DNA of 63,844 nt, the filler included, from Octopus bimaculoides (lineage: Eukaryota), in NCBI RefSeq assembly GCF_001194135.2. It is 5 parts of 4 records of this genome, joined end to end, with 100 filler letters (N's around TTAATTAATTAA, not from the genome) between each part and the next. Parts side by side here need not be neighbours in the genome. Positions count along the whole stretch, not along the records: positions 18,585 to 37,196 come from NC_068981.1; positions 37,297 to 59,946 come from NC_068985.1; 3 more parts are not named here. One strand, 5' to 3'. Each line of letters begins with the position of its first letter. Position 1 is the first letter of the stretch. The notes beneath the pieces were generated by a model. The model saw only the letters and a program-made list of their open reading frames with translations, was not told the DNA's origin and did not search any database. This document shows positions 24,899 through 38,289 of the stretch, in pieces. The position numbers and the translations under genes are program-made.

Positions 24899-25892
24899 NN
24901 NNNNNNNNNNNNNNNNNNNNNNNNNNNNNNNNNNNNNNNNNNNNNNNNNNNNNNNNNNNNNNNNNNNNNNNNNNNNNNNNNNNNNNNNNNNNNNNNNNNN
25001 NNNNNNNNNNNNNNNNNNNNNNNNNNNNNNNNNNNNNNNNNNNNNNNNNNNNNNNNNNNNNNNNNNNNNNNNNNNNNNNNNNNNNNNNNNNNNNNNNNNN
25101 NNNNNNNNNNNNNNNNNNNNNNNNNNNNNNNNNNNNNNNNNNNNNNNNNNNNNNNNNNNNNNNNNNNNNNNNNNNNNNNNNNNNNNNNNNNNNNNNNNNN
25201 NNNNNNNNNNNNNNNNNNNNNNNNNNNNNNNNNNNNNNNNNNNNNNNNNNNNNNNNNNNNNNNNNNNNNNNNNNNNNNNNNNNNNNNNNNNNNNNNNNNN
25301 NNNNNNNNNNNNNNNNNNNNNNNNNNNNNNNNNNNNNNNNNNNNNNNNNNNNNNNNNNNNNNNNNNNNNNNNNNNNNNNNNNNNNNNNNNNNNNNNNNNN
25401 NNNNNNNNNNNNNNNNNNNNNNNNNNNNNNNNNNNNNNNNNNNNNNNNNNNNNNNNNNNNNNNNNNNNNNNNNNNNNNNNNNNNNNNNNNNNNNNNNNNN
25501 NNNNNNNNNNNNNNNNNNNNNNNNNNNNNNNNNNNNNNNNNNNNNNNNNNNNNNNNNNNNNNNNNNNNNNNNNNNNNNNNNNNNNNNNNNNNNNNNNNNN
25601 NNNNNNNNNNNNNNNNNNNNNNNNNNNNNNNNNNNNNNNNNNNNNNNNNNNNNNNNNNNNNNNNNNNNNNNNNNNNNNNNNNNNNNNNNNNNNNNNNNNN
25701 NNNNNNNNNNNNNNNNNNNNNNNNNNNNNNNNNNNNNNNNNNNNNNNNNNNNNNNNNNNNNNNNNNNNNNNNNNNNNNNNNNNNNNNNNNNNNNNNNNNN
25801 NNNNNNNNNNNNNNNNNNNNNNNNNNNNNNNNNNNNNNNNNNNNNNNNNNNNNNNNNNNNNNNNNNNNNNNNNNNNNNNNNNNNNNNNNNNN

Positions 25893-25931
25893 GTTAGGTA
25901 GGCAGGTAGATAGACAGACAGACAGACAGAC

Positions 25932-26008
<77 letters not shown>
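25893..26008. repeat. (GACA)n(GATA)n microsatellite
   Basis: Directly visible. Confidence 0.97.
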
Positions 26009-26009
<1 letters not shown>

Positions 26010-27464
26010 GACTTGCCTATTTTACCATAAAGTAAAATGAAGTGTTGATAAGTTGTGCAGTAACTACACCGTACTTGAGAGAATATATATTACCTTACCC
26101 AATTACTGTTAGATATTGCTGGAAAATGATATTTATTGTGGCTAATTTGACGTGTTGTTCATTGAAAAGCGTTCTATATTAAGCTACTAAATGATCAACC
26201 AGTTATTATGTCTTTTATTTAGCTAGAGGACAAACAGTAACGTCGCTATATTCCTTATACATTTGATGGATAATGAGAATTTACATGCCAAAGATGTAAC
26301 AACACAAAAAGAGAACACTGCTTCATTAGTGTTAGAAGTATTGCAAATCATTATTACTACACTAACCTAAGTTGTGTGTGATTGCTAGCGACGAATTTCA
26401 AACGTTTATGACTACATATGATTGAAGACAAATTATTTGATCTTAAAAACCACTGATTATTGTATTCCACAAATGTAATTTATATATCAAAAACTGGAAA
26501 AAAGATGATACAGAATCATTACATATAGATATGACCCTTTAGATTTTATTTGATGCTTTCCAATGACATCTATATCTGATGATTCATATCTGATAATTTT
26601 CCCTGTTTGAGACTCATTAATACTTCATATCCACACATATACAGCCACATACGCACGAGCACACACTCATATAAATACATACATATACATACATACACAC
26701 ATACATACCTATANNNNNNNNNNNNNNNNNNNNNNNNNNNNNNNNNNNNNNNNNNNNNNNNNNNNNNNNNNNNNNNNNNNNNNNNNNNNNNNNNNNNNNN
26801 NNNNNNNNNNNNNNNNNNNNNNNNNNNNNNNNNNNNNNNNNNNNNNNNNNNNNNNNNNNNNNNNNNNNNNNNNNNNNNNNNNNNNNNNNNNNNNNNNNNN
26901 NNNNNNNNNNNNNNNNNNNNNNNNNNNNNNNNNNNNNNNNNNNNNNNNNNNNNNNNNNNNNNNNNNNNNNNNNNNNNNNNNNNNNNNNNNNNNNNNNNNN
27001 NNNNNNNNNNNNNNNNNNNNNNNNNNNNNNNNNNNNNNNNNNNNNNNNNNNNNNNNNNNNNNNNNNNNNNNNNNNNNNNNNNNNNNNNNNNNNNNNNNNN
27101 NNNNNNNNNNNNNNNNNNNNNNNNNNNNNNNNNNNNNNNNNNNNNNNNNNNNNNNNNNNNNNNNNNNNNNNNNNNNNNNNNNNNNNNNNNNNNNNNNNNN
27201 NNNNNNNNNNNNNNNNNNNNNNNNNNNNNNNNNNNNNNNNNNNNNNNNNNNNNNNNNNNNNNNNNNNNNNNNNNNNNNNNNNNNNNNNNNNNNNNNNNNN
27301 NNNNNNNNNNNNNNNNNNNNNNNNNNNNNNNNNNNNNNNNNNNNNNNNNNNNNNNNNNNNNNNNNNNNNNNNNNNNNNNNNNNNNNNNNNNNNNNNNNNN
27401 NNNNNNNNNNNNNNNNNNNNNNNNNNNNNNNNNNNNNNNNNNNNNNNNNNNNNNNNNNNNNNNN

Positions 27465-27538
<74 letters not shown>
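27465..27538. repeat. (TG)n microsatellite
   Basis: Directly visible. Confidence 0.97.
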
Positions 27539-27540
<2 letters not shown>

Positions 27541-27949
27541 AGAGAGAGAAGTGCAGAACGGAATTGTAATTTCCAGATTCATAATGAGTGAGGAACTGTG
27601 TTCAGATTCGTACCAGTCGATTCATTTAATGTTCTCATTTAATATCAAGTCAATATATCGGTGAATGTAAAGAATATTGTTAGAATGAATAGAAATACAA
27701 TAATCACTTACCTGTAACTCGATACACAATTGTTGGTAGACGTCACGAGACCATACACTGTGTGGTTCCTTCATTGGCCCTACTCTGGATCTTTACCCTC
27801 TATCAGGAGGATTATATCATACATATATCGACACATTTAGATAAATCTCCTCTCCTTTCCTCCAACATTATAGTCTTAGATGATTTTATACAAATTATCA
27901 TACATTCTTATCTCTCTTGGCAATTTTCACCCTATCCAACAAAGGCAAA

Positions 27950-29160
27950 TAAAATACTTATCACTGTCTGTTGTCTAAAGGAATTGATGTTTTGTTTAAC
28001 TTAATCTCTCTAGCTCTCAAATCACAATTTGCAGATTAGGATGAAAAATATTTCCAACTTCCTACTTCCTATTACTCAAGTTATTGTCAGAAATTTGTCC
28101 TGATTTGTCAAGATCACACTCACCATGTCTTTCCCCTTTATCCATTTCGTTAATCACAGACGGATGTCCTTGCCCTCCCTCATTACCTTATCCTTTTTCC
28201 TCTTTTCTATATTTCTCTATTTTCTCATTTGAAGTTCTGCCTATTTTGTAAATAGTCCTTTATTACCTTATTTTTTACGGATGCTTTATTCTTCGCCTTG
28301 TAGGTAAGACACTTGACTTTTCTTTTCTACATCTACTATTTTCTTGGCACCCATTAACCCCATTCGTCTTTACGCTGTTACCCAATATAACAGGCGTGAC
28401 TACTACACTGTTGGCTCATTCTTTATTTTCTCATGCATATTCTTTAGCTCGTGTTTATACGATTCTCATGCTTTTATTTTATATTCTCATCATTAGATTG
28501 ATCATATTCCTGATTATCTGGAGTGATTTTCCTCACTCATCAATATCATAGCACATTCAACGTTTCTGAAAGTCGCCACAATGTTGCTACTATTTGTTTT
28601 ACTCTTTGCATATATTGAATATGGCACATTTACACCAAATTTTTATTCAAGAGTATTCTTCCTTAGTTTGTGGATTCTAATTGACAAATGAGTCTTCGTA
28701 ATTACATGAACTAAGATTTAGATACTGTTCCATAGATAGATTCCTGTACTAAACTTTACGCCTGTTAATCTTCTGCCTGATATTTGTTCTACCCTCTGTG
28801 ATGAGTTGCATTTCTAACCGATTCCTAAACTTTTTTCCACATCCTGAAATATTCTAGGCATCTTTTGATCTGCGTGCATAGAACTTGGCCTTATGCTTTA
28901 GTACACACCATAGGCATAAATTTACCGATATCTTTTTACAAATTCTTAAAACCATATAGTCTAACATCATTAAATTTGCCGTTTACCTCTCCTTTTTGGC
29001 AATGTTTCTGTTAATCAGATGTTTGGTGTTTCTCATATAGGCATATAGGTCCTCGTATATTTCCTTTGAATTGATTGTGCATTCTTAAGTCAACGGATCG
29101 TCTCGAAATCTCCGTTGACATGTATTAGTGGGTATGTGGCAGATTTGCACTGAAATGTTA
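27950..29160 (-). mobile_element. Highly decayed LINE apurinic-endonuclease region (RTE-like)
   Basis: Faint APE-like motifs in the expected order (QVLCTQ resembling QVYAPT; STNQGRILL..IFN). Many stops. Confidence 0.35.
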
Positions 29161-29211
29161 AACGTTTTGTAACAAACTTATGACTTTATCAGCTCCGAGT
29201 TCTATAGTTAA

Positions 29212-29400
29212 AATTATTTTCTACTCTAGGCACAAGGCCCGAAATTTTAGGGGAGAGTGGCCTGTCGATTAGATCGACTCCAGTATGCAACTGGTACTTA
29301 ATTTATTGACTCCTAAAGATGAAAGGCAAAGTCAACCGCAGCGGAATTTGAACTCAGAACGTAAAGACAAACGAAATACCACTAAGCATTTCGCCCTGCG
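29212..29400 (-). mobile_element. SINE family A; its missing head appears at 29661-29684
   Basis: Body and standard tail (GGGCCTTGTGCCTAGAGTAGAAAA) are present. The head AGGCGGTGAGTTGGCAGAATCGTT lies beyond the variant-B copy. Confidence 0.85.
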
Positions 29401-29416
29401 TTGTAAATATTCTTAA

Positions 29417-29643
29417 TTCTTTATTGCTCACAAGGGGCTAAACATAGAGGGTACAAGCAAGGACAGAAAAAAGGAATGAAGTCGATTACATAGACCACAA
29501 ACAGTAACTGGTACTTAATTTATCGACCCCGAAAGGATGAAAGGCAAAGTCGACCTCGGCGGAATTTGAACCTAGAACATAACGGCAGGCAAAATACCGC
29601 TAAGCATTTCGTCCGGCGTGCTAACGTTTGTGCCATCTCGCCG
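29417..29643 (-). mobile_element. SINE family A variant B (Tx1-like tail)
   Basis: Centre GCCTTTCATCCTTTCGGGGTCGATAAATTAAGTACCAG; tail CCTTGCTTGTACCCTCTATGTTTAGCCCCTTGTGAGCAATAAAGAA. Confidence 0.87.
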
Positions 29644-32179
29644 ATTTAACGATTCATTATAACGATTCTGCCAACTCACCGCCTCTATATCGTTAAAATT
29701 GAAAGGAGTTTCTTCATTCCTGTGACGTAAAATTTCATACAATTCTCACTGGTCAGTTGAAGGCTTCTGAAATGCAAGAAGATAATTTGAAGGTTTCTTT
29801 TGTTTAATGGTAGCGCATCATCTGACATGTTTCTGAAGATTTGATCTCGGATCCTATGGAAAGCACTGAAACTTCTTTTTTTTCCATTCAAATGCTTTTA
29901 AACACAGTTTTTATACATTATTATTATAACTGTATCAAGTACAAATTTCACCAACAAAAACTTATTCATTTCTTATCCCTCAATGGTTCTAAACACTTAT
30001 AGCGTAACTACACTAACACACATACGCGTGAGTGTATGTATGTGTTGATAGACAGATATATTACACATTTATGTTCATATGCATGAGTGGATTTTAATTC
30101 AGAGTGTCTATTAATGTTAAAAAAAGTTTATATATTACTATACTATCGATTATAATATCTAGCAATTCTTACGTTTTATAGAACCCGCTACACAAACAAT
30201 CGAAAAACCCAAAATTCATTTCGACTCCGTGAAGTGAATCAGAAAATATCACCCGACAAAATTTAATAAGTATTGTCTACAATATTTATAGCATACATTC
30301 TCTTCTGTTTGTTCCACACCACGGGATATATTTGTATATGTATGCATAAGTAAGTATATGCATGCATATCTGTGTAGATCTAACTATCTATATATCTATC
30401 TACCTGTATGTCTGGATGTATGAGTGTGTTTATGTATGTATGTACGTAGGTATGTATGTATGTATATATATATATATATATATATATNNNNNNNNNNNNN
30501 NNNNNNNNNNNNNNNNNNNNNNNNNNNNNNNNNNNNNNNNNNNNNNNNNNNNNNNNNNNNNNNNNNNNNNNNNNNNNNNNNNNNNNNNNNNNNNNNNNNN
30601 NNNNNNNNNNNNNNNNNNNNNNNNNNNNNNNNNNNNNNNNNNNNNNNNNNNNNNNNNNNNNNNNNNNNNNNNNNNNNNNNNNNNNNNNNNNNNNNNNNNN
30701 NNNNNNNNNNNNNNNNNNNNNNNNNNNNNNNNNNNNNNNNNNNNNNNNNNNNNNNNNNNNNNNNNNNNNNNNNNNNNNNNNNNNNNNNNNNNNNNNNNNN
30801 NNNNNNNNNNNNNNNNNNNNNNNNNNNNNNNNNNNNNNNNNNNNNNNNNNNNNNNNNNNNNNNNNNNNNNNNNNNNNNNNNNNNNNNNNNNNNNNNNNNN
30901 NNNNNNNNNNNNNNNNNNNNNNNNNNNNNNNNNNNNNNNNNNNNNNNNNNNNNNNNNNNNNNNNNNNNNNNNNNNNNNNNNNNNNNNNNNNNNNNNNNNN
31001 NNNNNNNNNNNNNNNNNNNNNNNNNNNNNNNNNNNNNNNNNNNNNNNNNNNNNNNNNNNNNNNNNNNNNNNNNNNNNNNNNNNNNNNNNNNNNNNNNNNN
31101 NNNNNNNNNNNNNNNNNNNNNNNNNNNNNNNNNNNNNNNNNNNNNNNNNNNNNNNNNNNNNNNNNNNNNNNNNNNNNNNNNNNNNNNNNNNNNNNNNNNN
31201 NNNNNNNNNNNNNNNNNNNNNNNNNNNNNNNNNNNNNNNNNNNNNNNNNNNNNNNNNNNNNNNNNNNNNNNNNNNNNNNNNNNNNNNNNNNNNNNNNNNN
31301 NNNNNNNNNNNNNNNNNNNNNNNNNNNNNNNNNNNNNNNNNNNNNNNNNNNNNNNNNNNNNNNNNTATATATATATATATATATTCACATATTCAGTGAT
31401 AGAGAAGAAACAATAGAGAATGTATTCTACATATACTACACACACAGACACACACAAGCATACACAGAAGACACACATATACACACACACACATGCACAC
31501 ACATACACACACAAGCACACCCAGCCACGCACGCGCGCACACGTTTATATAAAGATATTTGCTTATATTTCTATTTATCAGAGTGATTTATAAACTTGTT
31601 TGTTTTACGAATTATATAAATAATATTAATCCAACCAAGTCTTCTTTTATATTGCTATATTTATTTAGTATATATCAAATCGAAAATATCATAATTTTAT
31701 ACCTATATGCAACAAAAAACTATATCAAACTCTTAAATATTCTATTTTTAATGGCTTCAAGGTCTCACGATGCATACAAAGGATAATGCAATTAAATTTT
31801 CCATGATTCCATTCATATGAGACATGCGTTGTATTGTATATGATGTTTCGGCAACTTTATTGCTATTTAGAATATTTTTCACCGCACAATATCATCACGT
31901 CAAATGTGAGTGAGAAATATTTTTCATGAATAAATAAGCCATCATTGGCAACTAATCAATATGGCGCGTGGCTTATTTTGCATGACAATAAGGTAATAAT
32001 GGGAAATAAATCTGAATAGAAAATTCCTAGAAGAAAAACATAAACTTATGCTAGGCGTCAAAACACGCACCCCCCACACATTGAGGTATGTATATGTGTA
32101 TATATTATACGTATATATATATATATATATATATATATGGACAAATTGCAACATGATATATGTTTATCGTAAATAAATG

Positions 32180-32215
<36 letters not shown>

Positions 32216-32626
32216 NNNNNNNNNNNNNNNNNNNNNNNNNNNNNNNNNNNNNNNNNNNNNNNNNNNNNNNNNNNNNNNNNNNNNNNNNNNNNNNNNNNNN
32301 NNNNNNNNNNNNNNNNNNNNNNNNNNNNNNNNNNNNNNNNNNNNNNNNNNNNNNNNNNNNNNNNNNNNNNNNNNNNNNNNNNNNNNNNNNNNNNNNNNNN
32401 NNNNNNNNNNNNNNNNNNNNNNNNNNNNNNNNNNNNNNNNNNNNNNNNNNNNNNNNNNNNNNNNNNNNNNNNNNNNNNNNNNNNNNNNNNNNNNNNNNNN
32501 NNNNNNNNNNNNNNNNNNNNNNNNNNNNNNNNNNNNNNNNNNNNNNNNNNNNNNNNNNNNNNNNNNNNNNNNNNNNNNNNNNNNNNNNNNNNNNNNNNNN
32601 NNNNNNNNNNNNNNNNNNNNNNNNNN

Positions 32627-32672
<46 letters not shown>

Positions 32673-33403
32673 TGACGTAGTATATTTGCTTTGCAAGATT
32701 CTTTCTGAGAAATCGTGTGCTGCAACAAAATGTTATTGTGTCTTGGGAGAGCGAAACTACATTAATAATGACACACGCACGGGTTCAATTCCACTGCTTT
32801 ATTAGTAGCCAATTGGTTATACTTCGCGCCCAATAACAAATCGATCGTTTGTTTTACCTGTTGGTCTAACAATCAGCCAGCGGTTTGTCTGTGCATCCTA
32901 TTTCTTTACTATGCACAAACTTTACAATGACCCGTGTCACCCAAATCGACAGTATATACACGTCTAACCAACAAGGTTGCTTAAATTCGTTAGTATAAAT
33001 GTATTAGCTCACCTGTTTGAAAATGTATTTGAAGTTGGTGGACAATATGTTATGATGTAATTTATGAATATATCATTGTAATTGTACCAAAATAAATTCT
33101 ATAAATGTTAAACTCCATTTCTGTTGTCATCTTAATACCTATGCTACGCATGGAACCAACCCTAGAGTGAGATCTACGATTCAAATTGTACTTACATATC
33201 TATAGTGTTTTATCAACGCTTGATACCTTCCTGGCTATTTACCTCATTCTGAAATCCATCTGACTCGACCTAACCGTTTCTGGATACTCAGTGTTCATGT
33301 GCCAAGATTATACTGTATCCTGTAATTTTTTCATATACATACATAAATATAGACACCCACGCACACACACACGTACATACAAGCACATGTATATATGCAT
33401 ATG

Positions 33404-33450
<47 letters not shown>

Positions 33451-35013
33451 GTGCGACGAAAGAGATGGTTTTGCTTAAAGAACTTGATGGATGCGACAGA
33501 TACATAGATGATATATATAATTATGGTCTGTTTGAATTTTTTTACTCATAAAAATATAGCCCTATGAGCTCATAGCCACCAGAAATGGTAATAAGAAATA
33601 TTAATTATTTGGATGTCAATCTACTAATACAGGATAACAATGAAATGTGTACTAACATTTATCACAAAACATAAGATTTTGGTTTCCAAGTGGCTTCAAT
33701 GCCATGGTTCAGTAGTAAATATCCTTCTTTTATTGGTTATGGTGGTTTTGCAGGGCAAATTGTTAGATATAGTACTATTATTAATAATGGTAATAATTTT
33801 GGGGAAAGAAAAGATAAGCTGTTAAACATTTAGTAAAACAAGGGTATAAATACGGTCAGTTTCTTAAAACTTTTAATTGCTGTTTAGGTGGGAAACATGA
33901 TATTTTAAATAAATATGGGATAATATCTAATCTTCAGCTTAGCACATATCTGTAAGGATTTGAAGGTTTACGATTCGAGTTATTTGCTTACTACGTCACC
34001 AATACTGTTACAATTGAGAAAGTAGTAATTACGCATAACATCATCAATATTTAGTTGGCCCTTTAAATTCTTATTGAGCGAACCGCGTGTCTGATTAAAC
34101 ATGTAAGTGTTAATACTTGTAGATTTATTATCTTTTAAACAGTTTTAATTAACTTTAGACATAGCAAGGTTTATAATAATAATTAATTGCAAGTACTTTT
34201 ATTAGTTCCCATTTAATGAATTTTAATTTTATATTAGTCATTGGTAATTTAATATTATAACTAGTAGTGGTGATACATTAATGAGTATGTAGTGTTTTAT
34301 TATTAACTTTTGACTGATGAAATAATGCATTCCACTCATAAAATATTAGTATAATTAATTTCCATCGTGTTTTGTTTTGGAAAAATGTTATAAGGTTTGA
34401 ACTTTCAGTATAGTAGTAAATATGGAAGACCGGTGGGATTATTATTTATATGAACTTAAAGATTGATCGCAATTTAGCACATAATGTAGTTATTGCAGTT
34501 TACTAATAGAACCGATACAACGTTCATTGGTTTATATGTCTCTTTGTTGGAGTTTTATTAAAGTTAGTGTTTAATCCTGCCTATATATTGGTTGATTGAA
34601 ATAATGGGGTTATTAAGCTTTTAATTTTATATTAAACTACGGAAGATGGTTGGGATTATAATTTTTGTATGACTTAATAGAGTTGACGGTGTTTAGTTAC
34701 GTCTTTCGGAATGGTTGTAATTTACTTATTGAATTTATTTATCGATACGCTTCTACATCGGGTAAATGTGTTTGGAAGTTGTAGATTCTTTGGTTTCTTT
34801 GTCCCAAACAACACTTATTTTAGTGGTGTTGAAACCGGCGGATTGAATGGTACTGACTAGGTGTCGAAACCATAATGATATCTGTGGGGCAGCTGATGAT
34901 GGAAGTAAGTTTGATCATTGGTATGGCTTTTCTTGTATATGTGGAATAGCATTATTGGATTGCTGGTATGGATGTGGAATAGTATTATAACACATCCTTT
35001 TGANNNNNNNNNN

Positions 35014-35057
<44 letters not shown>

Positions 35058-35129
35058 TGGATGCGATGGGTAAATTGACGACATATATTTCCAATTTCGC
35101 GCATGCATATGGTTTTTGATTTTGTTGAC

Positions 35130-35906
35130 TTTACTGTATATTAAGGTCAGTTGGGCACCATTTGTAAGGAAAGACAGCAACATGACGCAATTCACTCTGC
35201 CAGAATATTTAGAAACGACAAGCTGTATTGCTTGGCATTCGAACCGAAAGCTCCAATACGAAAATTTCAGAGTGTTTCGTTATCAATTTGAAAACGTGTA
35301 CCGACAGTGATAAAAATCAAACATCCAGTCAACATCATGGTGTCTTGAGTGAGCGCTTATGGCGGCGACGGTATACGTCCATTCATCTTCCCACACAGAC
35401 ACCTACATCAAATGTCTGGAAGAGGTAGTGCTGCCCTGGGGAAAGGGGATGGCTGTTGGAAGACATTATACTTGTAAAGAAGCCCCTGTACCATACCACA
35501 CAAACAGGAGAACCCCGTCATGGCTGTCAGACAATTTCTGCGGCCACATCACCCCTAACAACTTGACAAAATTAACTAAATTAGCATAGAATAACGGTTT
35601 CGTATCTTTTTATGATTAAGGTANNNNNNNNNNTATATATATGCGAGTTTGTATGGTTGTGTATAAAATCATATATTAATCGATGAAACTGCAACCGAGT
35701 CACGGTTTATGTAGTAGAAATGACCGTATTCCACAATTGAAGCTCTAATAAAATGATTGAAATGATCCTTCAAATACCTGCCGATGTGTTCCAGCAGGCT
35801 GGATCTTACGAACTGTATGTAATCATTTCACTGCATTTGTCAATTGTGAAACACGCGTGTCACTTCTACTACATTAGTGGTGGGGAAACTTTTGACCGCA
35901 GTGTGC
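35130..35906 (+). mobile_element. Decayed Tc1/mariner-superfamily (maT/DD37D-like) transposase C-terminal half with probable right TIR
   Basis: VPTVIKIKHPVNIMV..PFIFPH..YIKCLEEVVLPW..WLSDNFCGHITPN. TIR-like GGGGAAACTTTTGACCGCAGTGTG near 35882-35905. Confidence 0.7.
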
Positions 35907-37124
35907 AAAACTTTCCAAAGGAAAAAGGTCGGCCAGCGGGTCAGAAGTTCTACCTTTCATATCTGTGTAAATCTTGCATATATCTGTGTACAATTCGATA
36001 TACATTGATACAGATAATTGTAACACATTAAATTAACGCATGGCATCTTCATTAACGCCGCCACTGAATTTAGGACATTTATAATACTTCTGAGGTATTC
36101 TATATTTTCTAGCTAGAGTGTAGTTGTGTCAAGTGGGGGGGGGGTACTCACATAGCAATATGTTTTTATATTGATAACATTTCCATTCATGTATGTCGCA
36201 AATAGGCATACGAATCTATACTATAAAAGGCAGATTTTCTGTGGGTGTGTGTATGTTTGAAATTCATACATTTATACAATTCTAAATTTCTTGGATTAAA
36301 GAATCGCAATTAATATTCTAAATACAATTTGTTAGGTCACTGCGTCATATTTTCACTCCCAAAAATTCCTAATAACGAATATAATCCATAAAACTACACG
36401 AGTAAACATTTTCTCCCTAATAAAATCTAATTTCCTCTTTCTAATACAAATCCTTTGAACTCAAAACTGAAACAATCACATTTCGATACTGTAATGACAG
36501 ATACTAAAACTACATACAAAATTACTTTGCCCCTCTAAAATTAACTATTTCTATTCCTGTTACACATCGTTTCAATTGCTACTTTCTTTTATGAACGCTT
36601 ACGAACGATTCAAGAAAAAAGACAAACAAACGAAGGAAGATCAACAGAAAAGTAGTCCATCTGGTGAGATATGAATATTATTTATTAAACAGAATATCTG
36701 ATTTTTATGTGCTACATTTTCATGTAATGTACGCATGCTAAATTGTTTTTAACGCTTCTGGTGTTGCAGAACAGTTTTCAGGCACTGCCCACATAGCATA
36801 ACAATCTAAAAATGGGACGATGGCATGAGAGGAAGTGTAGTAAACCTATAAGGTGGAAAAGGTAAACAGAATGAAGCAAAGGGGTACACCTCTTTTTTTT
36901 TTGTTTCCTTTATCGTTTTCCTGTTTTTCCACGTCCCATTTTTACTTTGTTCTGCCATGAGCACAGTGCCTGAAATTTGTCCTGAGGCACCAGATGTGCT
37001 GAAAATTCTGTCTGGCATGCTCTCATCACGTGAAACTAATAGTAGCACATAAAAAGTAATACTGTGCTTATTAAATTACACACACACACATACAAGCACA
37101 GACACAGACATAAACACACACACA

Positions 37125-37196
<72 letters not shown>

Positions 37197-37312
37197 NNNN
37201 NNNNNNNNNNNNNNNNNNNNNNNNNNNNNNNNNNNNNNNNTTAATTAATTAANNNNNNNNNNNNNNNNNNNNNNNNNNNNNNNNNNNNNNNNNNNNGATT
37301 ATTGTTATTAGA

Positions 37313-37473
37313 TGTATTTCGTCTGTCTTCACGTTCTAAGTTCAATTTCCACCGAGGTCGACTTTACCTTTCATCCTTTCGATGAAATCGGTACCGGTTA
37401 TGCACTGGGATCGATGTAATCGACTTACCTATACCCCAAATTTAAAGGCTTTCTGCTTATAGTAGAAAGGATT
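37313..37473 (+). mobile_element. SINE family A, 5'-truncated
   Basis: GTATTTCGTCTGTCTTCACGTTCTAAGTTCAA..CCGAGGTCGACTTTACCTTTCATCCTTTCG..TAGTAGAAAGG. Confidence 0.85.
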
Positions 37474-37526
37474 CTTGTTGTTGTTGTTGTTGTTGCTGTT
37501 GTTGTTGTTGCTGTTGTTGTTGTTGC

Positions 37527-37560
<34 letters not shown>

Positions 37561-37990
37561 CTTCTTCTTGGTTTGGCTTAGTTTTGGTCTTATTCCTTAG
37601 GTATCCACAGGTCTGCTGATAATCCTAGCTGTCCCTAAAAAAACGTACTTTCTGTTAGAGCTCTACCGGGCGTTCTATTTGAATCATCTTCAGCTATTTG
37701 TTTTTATTTTGGCTTACTGTTCCTACAATTATTATAGGCACGACCTTTACCGTTCGCATGCACCAAATTCTTCCTATTTCAAATTTTAAGCATTTGTATT
37801 TTCTCTGGTTTTCTTCCACTTTCTTTACGATCCTGGAATCAAACGGGCATGATAGATCGATAAATAAGCAACTTCACTTTTCCCTAACACTGATTGTAAT
37901 ATCAGGTCTGTTATTTTCTAGCTTCTTGTCCGTTTGGATAGGAAAACCCCACAAAATCTTCCATTTATTTCTCCAACTCCAGTACTCTTT
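37474..37990 (-). mobile_element. R4/Dong-type LINE RLE 3' end with (AAC)n tail
   Basis: KILWGFPIQTDKKLENNRPDIT..FIDLSCPFD..KYKCLKFEIGRIW..VKVVPIII..FLGTARII. Tail at 37474-37568. Confidence 0.8.
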
Positions 37991-38010
37991 TGACTCGATG
38001 ATTGTACTAT

Positions 38011-38225
38011 GTTCTCAATCATTATTATTATTATTATTGTTATTATTATTATTACTATTCATTAGTTTTATTTTTATAGCGTGCTTTCATTTCACTACCG
38101 AGCGCAGCTCTGTGTGCGTTGGGTATGTGCTATGGTTTGCTGTGATACTCTTATGGTTACTGTATTGAAAGTGTTTTGCATAGGATGTGTGCAGTGCCCA
38201 GTAGTACAATTTTCTGTATGCATGA
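38011..38225 (-). mobile_element. Short R4/Dong 3' terminus with (AAT)n tail
   Basis: IQKIVLLGTAHILCKTLSIQ* followed by a UTR and (AAT)n. Confidence 0.75.
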
Positions 38226-38289
38226 CTTTGCTTTCATGCTTTCGTGATTGATGAAATAAGTACCAGTTACGCACTGGACTCTTTTCTCA

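Noticed and set aside
33960-34860. Possible ancient PLE endonuclease remnant and a degenerate direct repeat (about 34410 and 34640)
   Set aside because: Too decayed to support by eye.
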